The notes below the pieces were generated by a model, which saw only the letters and a list, made by a program, of their open reading frames with translations, searched no databases and was not told the DNA's origin. The position numbers were made by a program, and so were the translations under genes. From positions 1,792,001-1,856,000 of the forward strand of contig OY762897.2 of assembly GCA_963666515.2 (NCBI GenBank): a stretch of DNA of 64,000 nucleotides. Reading direction: 5' to 3'. Below, piece after piece: positions 9,088 to 20,056 of the stretch (within the stretch, counting starts at the first letter, position 1; each line of letters begins with the position of its first letter). The DNA is from Candidatus Binatia bacterium (lineage in GTDB: Bacteria; Desulfobacterota; Binatia; UBA9968; JAJDTQ01).

Positions 9088-10878
9088 ATGGAATTGAACG
9101 AATTTCTACTACAAACGCGGGCTGAGGTGAAAGAGGCCATTGCAGACCGCCTCCCTGTACCGAACAGCCCCTATCCTTACGAGGAAACAATCTTCACCGA
9201 GGTGGTCATGGAGCACATGTCCCAGATCGGCATGACCTTCGAACCGGAGCCGTGCCACTACTCGGCCACCGTTGGCAATGCACGGCTGCGCCTCAGCGGT
9301 TACGCGGTCTCCGAGGACGCCGATCAGCTTGACCTGTTCGTGAGTCTTTACGAGGGCGTCGAGAGTGTTACCTCGATCCCCGATTCGGAGACAAAAACTG
9401 CTGCCGCTCAGTGCCTGCGTTTCCTGAAGCGCTGCGCAGAGGGGCGGCTCGCCGGAACCATGGATCAATCCAACGACGCCTATCCCGTCGTGCACACCAT
9501 CCAGGATGTCTATCCGCAACTCGATCAGATCCGCATCTATGTACTGACCGACCGCCAAGCCAAAGCAAAAAACTTCAAGACCCGAGAGGTACACGACAAG
9601 ACCGTCAAGCTGGAGGTCATGGACATTGAGCGCCTCTGCCGGCACTGGTCAGAAGGAAAGCCACGAGACGAACTCATAATCAATTTTCAGGAAGTATCGG
9701 GCGGCGCACTTCCCTGCGTCTATGTGCCCGGCGAGACGGCTGACTACGACTACGCCCTGACCGCCATTCCCGGCGAGGCCCTGCGTTTCATCTACGAGAA
9801 GTACGGCGCACGATTGCTGGAGGCCAATGTCCGCTCCTTCCTCAGTGCCAGCGGGAAGGTGAATAAGGGTATCAGCGAGACACTGCGAAGGGCACCCGAC
9901 CGCTTCATGGCTTACAACAACGGCATCGTCCTCGTCGCGGACGAAATGCGCATGGGGTCGGCCGAAAACGGCGCACCAGGCATCCTCTGGCTCAAGGGCA
10001 TGAACATCGTCAATGGCGGCCAAACCACGGCGTCGCTCTATTTCACAAAAAAGAGGGTTCCAGATACGGACCTCCGCCGTGTCCGGGTTCCGGCCAAGAT
10101 CATCGTGTTGCACTCCGATGATCCTGCAGGAGAAGAGGGCCTGATCTCCGACATATCGAAATACGCCAACAGTCAAAACTCGGTGCGATTATCTGATCTG
10201 TCGGCAAACAGGCCCTTTCATATCGAAGTCGAGAAGCTTTCTCTCACCGTCTATTGTCCAGATGGCGTGGGACGATGGTTTTACGAACGGGCTGCTGGCA
10301 GCTACAAGACCATGTTAACGCGCGAGGGCACGACCCCGGCAAAGCTTCGCAAATTGAAAGCCGACCTTCCCTCATCTCGCAAGATCATCAAGACGGATTT
10401 GGCCAAATTTCTCAATGCCTGGGAACGCAAACCCCACTATGTCAGCCTGGGCGCACAGAAAAATTTTGAGCGCTTCATGGATGATTTCGCGGCTGGGGAT
10501 GCACAACAAGAGAGACCACTGCCAAGTGTTACCGACTGGAAGCACATGGTTGCCAAGGCGATCATCTTCAAGACAGCACACAAACTGATCCGCCCCATGT
10601 TCCCGGCCTTCCAGGCCAACGTTACCGCCTATACCGTATCCGTCCTGTCCGAGCGCATCGGTGACAAGCTGGACCTCGACAGGGTGTGGCAACGCCAAGC
10701 TATTTCAGAACGGCTCCAAGAACAAATCCAGGTGTGGGCGAGAGAAGTGAACGACACGCTTCACCGCAACGCCGAAGGGCGGATGATTTCCGAATGGGCC
10801 AAGAAGGCTGAATGCTGGCAGGCCGTGCGCACAAGCCTCCTTTCCAAACCGTTGGCCAGCATACCCGAACTGGCTTGA
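9088..10878 (+). CDS. mzaE: AIPR family protein (MzaE-like)
   Basis: LLEANVRSFL, FMAYNNGI, IVNGGQTTAS and ANSQN motifs. Confidence 0.88.
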   Translation: MELNEFLLQTRAEVKEAIADRLPVPNSPYPYEETIFTEVVMEHMSQIGMTFEPEPCHYSATVGNARLRLSGYAVSEDADQLDLFVSLYEGVESVTSIPDSETKTAAAQCLRFLKRCAEGRLAGTMDQSNDAYPVVHTIQDVYPQLDQIRIYVLTDRQAKAKNFKTREVHDKTVKLEVMDIERLCRHWSEGKPRDELIINFQEVSGGALPCVYVPGETADYDYALTAIPGEALRFIYEKYGARLLEANVRSFLSASGKVNKGISETLRRAPDRFMAYNNGIVLVADEMRMGSAENGAPGILWLKGMNIVNGGQTTASLYFTKKRVPDTDLRRVRVPAKIIVLHSDDPAGEEGLISDISKYANSQNSVRLSDLSANRPFHIEVEKLSLTVYCPDGVGRWFYERAAGSYKTMLTREGTTPAKLRKLKADLPSSRKIIKTDLAKFLNAWERKPHYVSLGAQKNFERFMDDFAAGDAQQERPLPSVTDWKHMVAKAIIFKTAHKLIRPMFPAFQANVTAYTVSVLSERIGDKLDLDRVWQRQAISERLQEQIQVWAREVNDTLHRNAEGRMISEWAKKAECWQAVRTSLLSKPLASIPELA

Positions 10879-10959
10879 GGTCGCTGGACTTGGCCAAGCC
10901 AAGGGAAAGATGCGTTTCTCCTATGAACCTTGGCCGTACATGACCGGAGAGGCGACGAC

Positions 10960-11394
10960 ATGACAGGCATCCCCTCCCGAGCACCGCGCAGGCACAAAGG
11001 CGATATCATGTCGCCCGAGAAGCGCAGCGCAGTCATGGCACGCATCAAGGGAAAGGATACCGGCCCTGAACGGAAACTGGCAGCCACCCTTGCGGACCTG
11101 GGGTTTTCATGGGAAAGCCATGTACAGGATCTCCCCGGAAGACCAGACTTCGTGTTCCGGCAAAAAAGAATCGCGGTCTTCGTGGACGGCGATTTCTGGC
11201 ACGGCTGGCGATTCCCGCAGTGGCGCCATAAACTCTCGGAGAAGTGGGCGGCGAAAATCGAAGCCAATCGCCACCGGGACAACAGGAATCATCGCCGTCT
11301 GCGACGTATGGGATGGAAGGTGATCCGTCTTTGGGAGCACCAGTTGGCAGCGGACATCAACGGCTGCACAGCCAAAGTGTCACGCCACCTCTGA
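10960..11394 (+). CDS. vsr: Very short patch repair endonuclease
   Basis: RSAVMARIKGKDTGPE, LPGRPDFV, FVDGDFWHG, GWKVIRLWEH. Confidence 0.9.
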   Translation: MTGIPSRAPRRHKGDIMSPEKRSAVMARIKGKDTGPERKLAATLADLGFSWESHVQDLPGRPDFVFRQKRIAVFVDGDFWHGWRFPQWRHKLSEKWAAKIEANRHRDNRNHRRLRRMGWKVIRLWEHQLAADINGCTAKVSRHL

Positions 11395-11455
11395 GAATGG
11401 CTGCGGTCTCGTTTACTGCTTGGCGACAGGACCATAACCCTGTTAAGGATCAGTT

Positions 11456-12439
11456 ATGGGGCCGAGAGTACTAGATCTTTTCTGCGGCGGCGGTGGGAGC
11501 AGCTGGGGTGCACAGAAAGCCGATGCCGAGATCGTCTGCGCCGTCGACGCTTGGCCCGTCGCCGCTGAAACATACAGGGCCAACTTCCCCCGAGCCCGGG
11601 TTATCAACGCCACTCTTGACGAGAGTTCCTGCTCCGCCCTTCTCGGGGATGTCGGCCCTATCGACATGATCCTGGCCTCCCCCGAGTGCACGAACCACAC
11701 CTGCGCCAAAGGCAGCCGCCCCCGCGACGAGGACAGCAAGCGGACTGCAACCTATGTGATCAGTTTCGCCAAGAAACTGAAGCCGCGTTGGATTGTTCTT
11801 GAGAACGTAGTGCAAATGCGCAACTGGCGCGGTTACACTCCCATGATCAGCAGCCTGGAGGGCCTGGGATACAACGTCCGTCCGCAAACCCTTGATGCCG
11901 TTGACTTCGGCGTTCCACAGACTCGTCGACGCCTTTTCCTCCTTTGCGACTCCGAGGCCATACCCGGTGGAGTAGACAGACCTGCCGGCGAATACCTCTC
12001 AAAGCGCAGGGCGGCGGACGTGATACAATTTGACGGCCCATGGCCATCTCGTCCCCTGTACTCCCGACGGCGTGCCTCGGCGACTCTGGCGAGAGCAGAA
12101 CGTGCGATGGAAGAGCTTGGCAGGGGAGAACCCTTTCTCATCGTCTATTATGGCTCCGATGGGAGCGGCGGTTGGCAGTCGCTCGAACGTCCGCTGAGAA
12201 CTCTTACCACCCTTGACCGCTTTGGCCTCGTGACGTGGAAGCATTGTACTCCGATGCTGCGCATGCTTCAGGTGCCAGAACTCAAGCGTGCCATGGGATT
12301 CGAGAGGGGTTACAGCCTGCCGCATGGATCGAGGCGTGACCGTGTCAAGATCTTGGGGAATGGCGTCTGCCCGCCAGTCATGGAAGCCGTTGTCCGCTCT
12401 CTCCTTTGGCCGCTCATGCGGCATCAACCCGCAACGTGA
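11456..12439 (+). CDS. DNA (cytosine-5)-methyltransferase
   Basis: Motif I LDLFCGGGG, catalytic SPEC, ENV, QTRRRLF and GNGVCPP. Confidence 0.9.
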   Translation: MGPRVLDLFCGGGGSSWGAQKADAEIVCAVDAWPVAAETYRANFPRARVINATLDESSCSALLGDVGPIDMILASPECTNHTCAKGSRPRDEDSKRTATYVISFAKKLKPRWIVLENVVQMRNWRGYTPMISSLEGLGYNVRPQTLDAVDFGVPQTRRRLFLLCDSEAIPGGVDRPAGEYLSKRRAADVIQFDGPWPSRPLYSRRRASATLARAERAMEELGRGEPFLIVYYGSDGSGGWQSLERPLRTLTTLDRFGLVTWKHCTPMLRMLQVPELKRAMGFERGYSLPHGSRRDRVKILGNGVCPPVMEAVVRSLLWPLMRHQPAT

Positions 12440-12580
12440 CAGTCAATATCCTTCAGGACCGACCAGCGGGATCTTCCCCGGAATCCTGTATCATTTCGCG
12501 CGCAAGACCCGACTATTCCGGTAATGGCGCGACGCTTCACGTTCGACGAGTCAAACTCACAGCCGTCCCTGACGGTCCGG

Positions 12581-13765
12581 TCAAGCCTCGGCGGTTTTCG
12601 ACTTTGCGGCGGAATGCCAGAGCGTCACCAGGACGGCGAGGAGCAGCATCGGCATGGCGCCGATGTTCACCCAGTTCCAGCCCAGGAAATGGATGAACGC
12701 GCCGGACGACAGCGAACCGATGGCGACCACCGTGTAGATGATCTGGTTCATCATGCCCTGGGTCTTGTTGCGTTCGGCCGGGTTGTAGGCCGTGGTCATC
12801 AGGCTGGTGGCGGCGGTGTAGGTAAAGTTCCAGCCGAGCCCGAGCAACACCATCGCCAGCCAGAAATGGAAAACGTCGATGCTCAACAGGGCGACGCCGA
12901 TACAGGCGCCCTGAAGGCCCAGGCCGGTCATGATGATCGGTATCTCCCCGAACCGCTTGACCAGGGAACCGGTGATGAAGCCGGGCGCGAACATCGACAC
13001 CGAATGCGAGGAGATTACGGTGGCCACGGCGCCGAAAGCGTGGCCGCCGTGGGCGATCATGGCGACCGGCGTCGCCGTCATGAGAAAGTTCATCACGCTC
13101 TGAGCGACCGTCGCGGAGACCGCGGCGACGACGAACACCGGTTGCTTGACGATTTCGAGCAACGGCCTTTGCTCGCCTTCCAATTGCTCCCTGGTCAGGT
13201 TGGGGATGTTGAGGAACATCAGCACCAGCGCCGCCAGCAGCCCGGTTCCCACCATGAACAGGAACGCGCCGGCAAAGAGGTGGCCTGCCAGGAGTCCCTT
13301 TCCCCAGTTCGCCAGATTGGGACCCGCGAACCCGGCGAACACGCCGCCGGCGAGCACAAAGGAAATGGCCTTGGGGCGGAACTCCTTCGAGGCGGCGTCG
13401 GCCACCGCGAACCGGTAGAGCTGGGAAAAGCTGGAGAACAACCCGTACAGGAATCCGCCCAGCAGGAGGAACCAGAAATTCCCGAACAGGACGGCGGAGG
13501 TGCAGGATATGCCGCTGGCCGCGGCCAGGACGGTGCCGCAGAGGAAACCGATCTTCCGCCCGAACCGGCGCGTGAACAGCGAAGTGGGCATGGCGGCCAG
13601 GGCCGCGCCGACCACGATCAGCCCGGTGGGCAAGGTGACGAGCGCCGGATGCGGCGCGATCAGCAGCGCGACGGCCGGGGACGTCACCATGAAGAGGCCG
13701 CGCCCCGTGCCGGAGAGCATCTGACAGGTTCCGAGAACGAGGACGTTTCTATGGTCGGATTGCAT
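12581..13765 (-). CDS. MFS transporter
   Basis: About 12 hydrophobic segments; RRFGRK and YRFAVAD motifs. Confidence 0.85.
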   Translation of the reverse strand: MQSDHRNVLVLGTCQMLSGTGRGLFMVTSPAVALLIAPHPALVTLPTGLIVVGAALAAMPTSLFTRRFGRKIGFLCGTVLAAASGISCTSAVLFGNFWFLLLGGFLYGLFSSFSQLYRFAVADAASKEFRPKAISFVLAGGVFAGFAGPNLANWGKGLLAGHLFAGAFLFMVGTGLLAALVLMFLNIPNLTREQLEGEQRPLLEIVKQPVFVVAAVSATVAQSVMNFLMTATPVAMIAHGGHAFGAVATVISSHSVSMFAPGFITGSLVKRFGEIPIIMTGLGLQGACIGVALLSIDVFHFWLAMVLLGLGWNFTYTAATSLMTTAYNPAERNKTQGMMNQIIYTVVAIGSLSSGAFIHFLGWNWVNIGAMPMLLLAVLVTLWHSAAKSKTAEA

Positions 13766-13853
13766 GGCTCTCCCTGTCCCGAAAACGCCGTCGTCGTGGG
13801 CGGCGCGCAAGCCGAGGCCCGGCCTCAAATGTTCGTGATGTCAACAAGTCGGG

Positions 13854-13946
13854 TGGCGGAGAGGAGGGGATTCGAACCCCTGGTACCCTTTTGGGGTACA
13901 CACGATTTCCAGTCGTGCACCTTAAGCCAGACTCGGTCACCTCTCC
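13854..13946 (-). tRNA. tRNA-Ser (GGA anticodon)
   Basis: Reverse complement reads GGAGAGG...CACGA-CT-GGA-AA-TCGTG, long variable arm, GGTTCGAATCC, ...CTCTCCGCCA with encoded CCA. Confidence 0.97.
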
Positions 13947-14119
13947 GGGGTGCGCTGGGGACGAGGCGTCCCGGCCGGGACGCGTTGCGCGAAAAACGAT
14001 CCTTCCCTTAGTTTCTAGCATTACGGGGCGAAATTGGCGAGGGCGAGGGCGACCGCGGGTCGCCCCTACCGGCGCGCACTGGGACGATACGGTCCCCGGC
14101 ACAGCAGCGGGCCGGCCCG

Positions 14120-15106
14120 TCAGGTCGCGATGTCCCTCGCCCAGTCGCGGTTGCGGCGATACCAGTCCACCAGGGCGGCCACGCCCGTGGTGAAGTCCGT
14201 CTCGGGCTGCCAGCCCAGCAGGCTCCGGGCCCTGGAGATGTCGGCCCAGGTAGCGTCCACGTCCGCGGGGTGCCGGGCTTCGTGCCGGACCGATGCCTTG
14301 CGGCCGACGAGGTCCTCTATCAGACGGATGGCGTCGTTCAGGACGATGGGCTTGTCCGAGCCGAGGTTGATGACCTGGTAGCCGGAGCCCGCCACAAGCG
14401 CGGCCACGACGCCGTTGGCGACGTCGTCGACATAGGTGAAGTCCCGCTGCTGGCTGCCGTCGCCGAAGACCACGACCTCCCGGCCTTCGCTGATCCACTG
14501 GACGAACCGGAACAGGCTCATGTCAGGGCGTCCAGCCGGTCCGTAGACGGTGAAGAAGCGGAACACGGTGACGTCGAAGCCGTGAAGCGCATGGTAGCCG
14601 TGGCTCATGGCCTCGGCGGCCTTCTTTGAGGCGGCGTACGGGGACAGCGGCGTGTCGGTGTCGGCATCCTCCCGGAACGGGCGCGGGTTGTGCCGGCCGT
14701 AAAGGCTGGAGGTGGAGGCCAGCACGAATCGGCCGATGCCCGACTCCCGGCAAAGCTCCAGCAGGTTCAGGTTCCCGGTCACGTTGGCGGCCACGTAGGC
14801 CCACGGGTCGGCCACCGAGCCGCGCACCCCGGCCCGGGCCGCCAGGTTGACCACCGCATCCACCCCGCCCTTCGCCGCCATGGACTGCCCGAAGGACCGC
14901 ACGGCCTCCCGGTCGCTGATGTCCAGCCGGGTGAACGTGAATCCGGACCGCTGCCGGAGCTGGGCCAGGCGCCACTCCTTGAGGCGCACGTCGTAGGCGT
15001 CGTTGAGGTCGTCCACGGCGATGACCGAATCGCCGCGGGCCAGGAGCGTCTCGCACACCTTCCAGCCGATGAAGCCGCAGGCTCCGGTAACGAGGATGGT
15101 TCTCAT
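14120..15106 (-). CDS. NAD-dependent epimerase/dehydratase (UDP-glucuronate 4-epimerase-like)
   Basis: TGACGFIG, NLAARAGVR, YAASKKA, FFTVYGPAGRPDM, RDFTYVDD. Confidence 0.9.
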   Translation of the reverse strand: MRTILVTGACGFIGWKVCETLLARGDSVIAVDDLNDAYDVRLKEWRLAQLRQRSGFTFTRLDISDREAVRSFGQSMAAKGGVDAVVNLAARAGVRGSVADPWAYVAANVTGNLNLLELCRESGIGRFVLASTSSLYGRHNPRPFREDADTDTPLSPYAASKKAAEAMSHGYHALHGFDVTVFRFFTVYGPAGRPDMSLFRFVQWISEGREVVVFGDGSQQRDFTYVDDVANGVVAALVAGSGYQVINLGSDKPIVLNDAIRLIEDLVGRKASVRHEARHPADVDATWADISRARSLLGWQPETDFTTGVAALVDWYRRNRDWARDIAT

Positions 15107-15304
15107 GGAACGTGGTCCTGGAGCCGCCGCTGGAAGCGCGGCCGGCAACGCCGTTGCAGCCACCGGCGGCGACCGGGAGGGATGAAGCGCCCTTGAAGTT
15201 TCGCCACGGTATTGTTAGTCGGAACGAGTTTCGGAAGTCAACACCGGCGTCTCCCGGACCGGACGCCGGCCAGTGTCGTGTCCCTCTCCCGTGCCCGCAC
15301 CCGC

Positions 15305-15766
15305 ATGAGAATCCTGCTCCAGAGAGTCGAACGCGCCGAGGTGAGCGTCGATGGCGAAACGGTATCGTCCGTCGGGCCGGGCCTGTGCGTCTTTCTCGGC
15401 GTCGGCAAAGGAGACACCGAGCATGACGGGGCCTTCCTGGCGGACAAGCTCCTGAACCTCCGCATCTTTCCCGACGAGGCCGGCAGGTTCAGCCATTCCG
15501 TCATGGATACCGGGGGCGAGATCCTGGTGGTCTCCCAGTTCACCCTCTACGGCGACACCCGCAAGGGCCGGCGGCCGTCACTGACCGGCGCCGCGGACCC
15601 GGAGGAAGCGGAGAGGCTCTACCGGGACTTCGTGGACCGGCTGACCCGCCCGGGCGGTCCCAGGGTGTGCACGGGCGCCTTCCAGGCCCACATGAAGGTG
15701 TCCTTGGTGAACGACGGTCCGGTGACCTTCTTCATCGACAGCGCGGAACCGCGGAAGAAGCCATGA
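15305..15766 (+). CDS. dtd: D-aminoacyl-tRNA deacylase
   Basis: MRILLQRV, SQFTL, GRRPS, VNDGPVT. Confidence 0.95.
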   Translation: MRILLQRVERAEVSVDGETVSSVGPGLCVFLGVGKGDTEHDGAFLADKLLNLRIFPDEAGRFSHSVMDTGGEILVVSQFTLYGDTRKGRRPSLTGAADPEEAERLYRDFVDRLTRPGGPRVCTGAFQAHMKVSLVNDGPVTFFIDSAEPRKKP

Positions 15767-15794
15767 GCCGCCAGTGCCCGGAAACGGTGCGTCC

Positions 15795-16280
15795 ATGAAC
15801 GTCGTGCTTTTCCAGCCGGAGATCCCGCCCAACACGGGCTCGGTGGCGCGGCTGTGCGCGGCCACCCGCACCCGGCTGCACCTGATCGAGCCGCTGGGCT
15901 TCGAGATCGACGACAGGCACCTCAAGCGGGCCGGCCTCGACTACTGGCCCCAAGTGGACCTCCGGGTGCACGGCTCGTGGGAGGAGTTCACCGGGCGCCA
16001 CGCCGGGGCGCGGCTGCTCTACTTCTCCAAGAAAGCGGCAAAACCTTACGTTTCCGCGGAGTTTCGCGACGACGATTTCCTGGTGTTCGGACCCGAGACC
16101 CGGGGCCTGCCGGAAAGCCTCCTCCACGCCAACGAGGCCGACTGTTACGTCATCCCGATGATGACCCCGGCGGTACGGAGCCTGAACCTCGCCAGCGCGG
16201 TCTCCATCGTGCTCTACGAAGGCCTTCGACAGCTCGGAAGGCTCCAAATGGCGCCTTCCGGTCCCGAAAGGTTGGACTGA
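15795..16280 (+). CDS. trmL: tRNA (cytidine/uridine34-2'-O)-methyltransferase
   Basis: PEIPPNTG, LKRAGLDYW, FGPETRGLP, RSLNLA. Confidence 0.95.
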   Translation: MNVVLFQPEIPPNTGSVARLCAATRTRLHLIEPLGFEIDDRHLKRAGLDYWPQVDLRVHGSWEEFTGRHAGARLLYFSKKAAKPYVSAEFRDDDFLVFGPETRGLPESLLHANEADCYVIPMMTPAVRSLNLASAVSIVLYEGLRQLGRLQMAPSGPERLD

Positions 16281-16341
16281 AGCGTTGGACGTGCTTAATT
16301 ATACGGAATCCAATCCTGACCACATTCGGAGGTTTTTGCTT

Positions 16342-17567
16342 ATGAGGATCCGAAGAGCTCATCTTGTCTGGCTGCTGCTCGCCGCGCTGCTGGCCTTCTG
16401 GCCGCTGTCGGGCACGTCGCACGAGACCTCGGAGACGGCTTCGTCGCAATCCGACATACCGGACGAGCAGAAGGAGCCGTTCGAGCTGGTGATGGCCTAC
16501 ACCAACGTCACGGTCGGCCCGGGCCAGGAATTCGAGATGGACGCCGAGGTCATCAACCCGAGGAAGGCGACGGTCCAGGTCAACGTGAAGGTCGACTCGC
16601 TGCCCGACGGCTGGACCGCGGGGTTCCATTCCAGGTATCCGAGCTTCCCCGTGGCCGGCATCATGGTCCAGGGGAACAAGAACACCACCCTCGAGTTCAA
16701 GGTCAAGCTCCCGGACGACGTGGAGCCGGGCGACTATGAGGTGGCGGTGACGGCCCAGGACGGCAAGGGAGAGAAGGTGGAGAAGACCACGCTTTCCCTC
16801 AGCGTCTCCGCCAAGAAGGTCGACACCGGCGGGCTCAAGATGGAGAGCCAGTATCCGGTCCTGAGCGGCACCAGCGACCAGACCTTCAAGTTCGGCATCG
16901 ACCTCAAGAACGAGACCGACAACCCGCTGACCACCGCCCTGGCCGCGCAGGCGCCGCCGGGCTGGGTGGTGCGGATCAAGCCCCAGTTCGAGGACACCCA
17001 GATCTCCTCCATCGCGCTCAAGAAGGACTCGTCCGAGACCCTGAGCGTGGAGATACAACCGCCGCAGCTCGGTGAGCCCGGCGACTTTCCCGTCATCGTC
17101 AGGGCGCGCTCGGGCAACTTCACCGCCCAGGCCGACCTCAAGATCACGCTTGCCGGCACCCGGGTCCTGAACATGGGCACCGCAACGGGCCGGCTCAACG
17201 CGGACGTGACCGCCGGCGAGCAGTCCCAGGTGGATTTCCTCATCGGCAACGCCGGGACCGCGCCGCTGAACAACCTCTCGTTCATCTCGTCCAAGCCCGA
17301 CCAGTGGGAGGTCAACTTCAAGCCCGACAAGGTGGACTCCCTCAACCCAGGCGAGGTGCGCGAGGTCAAGATGGAGGTCACCGCTCCGGACCGGGCGGTG
17401 GCCGGCGACTACATGCTCGCGGTAACCACCAAGAGCCCCGAATCCAGGGAGTCCATCGACTTCCGGGTCACCGTGTCGACGCCGACCATCTGGGGATGGA
17501 TCGGAGCCTTCATCGTGGCCGTGGTGGTGCTGGCGCTGGCCGCGGTGTTCATCCGGCTGGGACGGCG

Positions 17568-17571
<4 letters not shown>
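16342..17571 (+). CDS. Exported Ig-like (NEW3/COG1470-type) protein with C-terminal membrane anchor
   Basis: GGAGG RBS; signal peptide; repeated beta-rich domains (PxGW...PGDY); C-terminal TM plus GRR; precedes ABC genes. Confidence 0.75.
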
Positions 17572-18500
<929 letters not shown>

Positions 18501-18502
18501 CC

Positions 18503-19432
18503 ATGCCCGTCGTGTATTGGAAAGAGCTGCAGGATCACTTCAGCAGCCTGCGGTTCATGATCCTGCTGACTCTCATCATGCTGCCCGGAGTGCTGGCGGT
18601 CTACCTGTCCGGACAGGCGATCCAGCAGGAAGTCCAGACCAACCCGACGCCGCTGGTTTTCCTGAGGCTGCTCACCACCGAGTCCTTCTTCTTCTCCCTG
18701 GCCACCTTCCTGGGCTTCTTCGGCCCGCTGGTGGGCATCACCCTGGGATTCGACAGCATCAGCGGCGAGTACGGGCGGGGGACCCTCAGCCGGGTGCTCT
18801 CGCAGCCCATCTACCGGGACAGCCTGATCAACGGCAAGTTCCTGGCCGGTCTGACCACCCTGGCGATCCTGTGGGTGTCGATCCTGCTGGTGGTCCTGGG
18901 GCTCGGCATCGCCCTCATCGGCTTTCTGCCCAACGCCGAAGAGCTGTGGCGGATGCTCTTCTTCGCCATCGTCGGCATCACCTACACGGGCTTCTGGCTG
19001 GCCCTGGCCATGCTGCTGTCCATGCTGCTCAGAAGGACCGTGACCGCGGCGTTGGCCTCCATCGCCATCTGGCTCTTCCTGGGCATCTTCATCGGCGTCC
19101 TGGCCGGTTTCCTGGCGGGGCTGATCGTGCCGAACCCACAGAACGCGGAGGACGTGACCCGGCTCGCGACCATCGAGACCGTGCTGGCGCGCATGTCGCC
19201 CAGCCTGCTCTACACCGAGTCGGTGCGGCTGCTGCTGAACCCGGTGGCGCGGAGCCTGATCCCGATCCTGCCGGAGCAGCTCGGCCAGCTACAAGGGCTT
19301 CTCATCACGCCGCTCAACCTGGGACAGAGCCTGCGGTTGATCCTGCCGATGTTCTTCACGCTGGTGGCGCTGGTGGCCGTGTGCTTCGGCATCGCGTACA
19401 TCAAGTTCATGCGGACGGAGATCCGCGGCTGA
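18503..19432 (+). CDS. ABC-2 type permease
   Basis: GGAGG RBS; GFDSISGEYGRGTL...NGKFLAG; multiple TM segments. Confidence 0.9.
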   Translation: MPVVYWKELQDHFSSLRFMILLTLIMLPGVLAVYLSGQAIQQEVQTNPTPLVFLRLLTTESFFFSLATFLGFFGPLVGITLGFDSISGEYGRGTLSRVLSQPIYRDSLINGKFLAGLTTLAILWVSILLVVLGLGIALIGFLPNAEELWRMLFFAIVGITYTGFWLALAMLLSMLLRRTVTAALASIAIWLFLGIFIGVLAGFLAGLIVPNPQNAEDVTRLATIETVLARMSPSLLYTESVRLLLNPVARSLIPILPEQLGQLQGLLITPLNLGQSLRLILPMFFTLVALVAVCFGIAYIKFMRTEIRG

Positions 19433-19464
19433 CCCTGGTAGAAGACGCGGACCGAACGCGGGGC

Positions 19465-19502
19465 AAAAAAAGGGCAGGTGTCATGTGACACCTGCCCTTT
19501 TT
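19465..19502. terminator. Bidirectional intrinsic terminator
   Basis: AAAAAGGGCAGGTGTCA-TG-TGACACCTGCCCTTTTT between convergent genes. Confidence 0.88.
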
Positions 19503-19524
19503 ACGTTCCGGTTCGCCGGAGGGT

Positions 19525-20016
19525 TCAGGATGCCTCGCCGCCCTTCCCCACTCCCATGATGGACTCGACGATCTTCTTGTAGCCGGTGCAACGGCAGATG
19601 TTGCCATTCATGTACTCGATGACTTCTTCCTCGGTGGGTTCCGGGTTCTCGTCGAGCAGGGTCTTGGCGGTGAGGATCATCCCCGGCGTGCAGAAACCGC
19701 ACTGGAAGCCGCCGTACTCGATGAAGGCTTCCTGGATCGGGTGAAGCTTGCCGTCCTGGGCCATGCCCTCGATGGTGAGCACGTCCTTGTCCCTGGCCTC
19801 GAAGGCCGGCAGGGTGCACGAGCTTACGGGGCGGCCGTCGAGCAGCACCGTGCAGGCGCCGCACACCTGCACGTCGCAGGAGCGCTTGGCGCCGGTGAGG
19901 CCCAGGCGCTTGCGGATCACGTCCAGGAGCAGCTCGTGCGGCTCCACCTCGATGTCGTAGCGAGTCCCGTTCACGTTGAAGGATAACGGGAGGGTCTGCC
20001 GTCCTGTGTTCGCCAT
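19525..20016 (-). CDS. Molybdenum hydroxylase 2Fe-2S small subunit (CoxS/CutS-like)
   Basis: CDVQVCGAC, QCGFCTPG, NICRCTGY. Confidence 0.92.
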   Translation of the reverse strand: MANTGRQTLPLSFNVNGTRYDIEVEPHELLLDVIRKRLGLTGAKRSCDVQVCGACTVLLDGRPVSSCTLPAFEARDKDVLTIEGMAQDGKLHPIQEAFIEYGGFQCGFCTPGMILTAKTLLDENPEPTEEEVIEYMNGNICRCTGYKKIVESIMGVGKGGEAS

Positions 20017-20056
20017 AGCTGCTGGCCTCCGCTCGTTTCGTGGTGAGGCTGGCCGG

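Noticed and set aside
12440-13946. tRNA-Ser as the integration site of the defence island
   Set aside because: A host-like MFS gene lies between them, and I see no duplicated tRNA 3' end or integrase in the window.
12524-14011. 495-aa plus-strand ORF
   Set aside because: Antisense to the MFS gene and runs through the tRNA.
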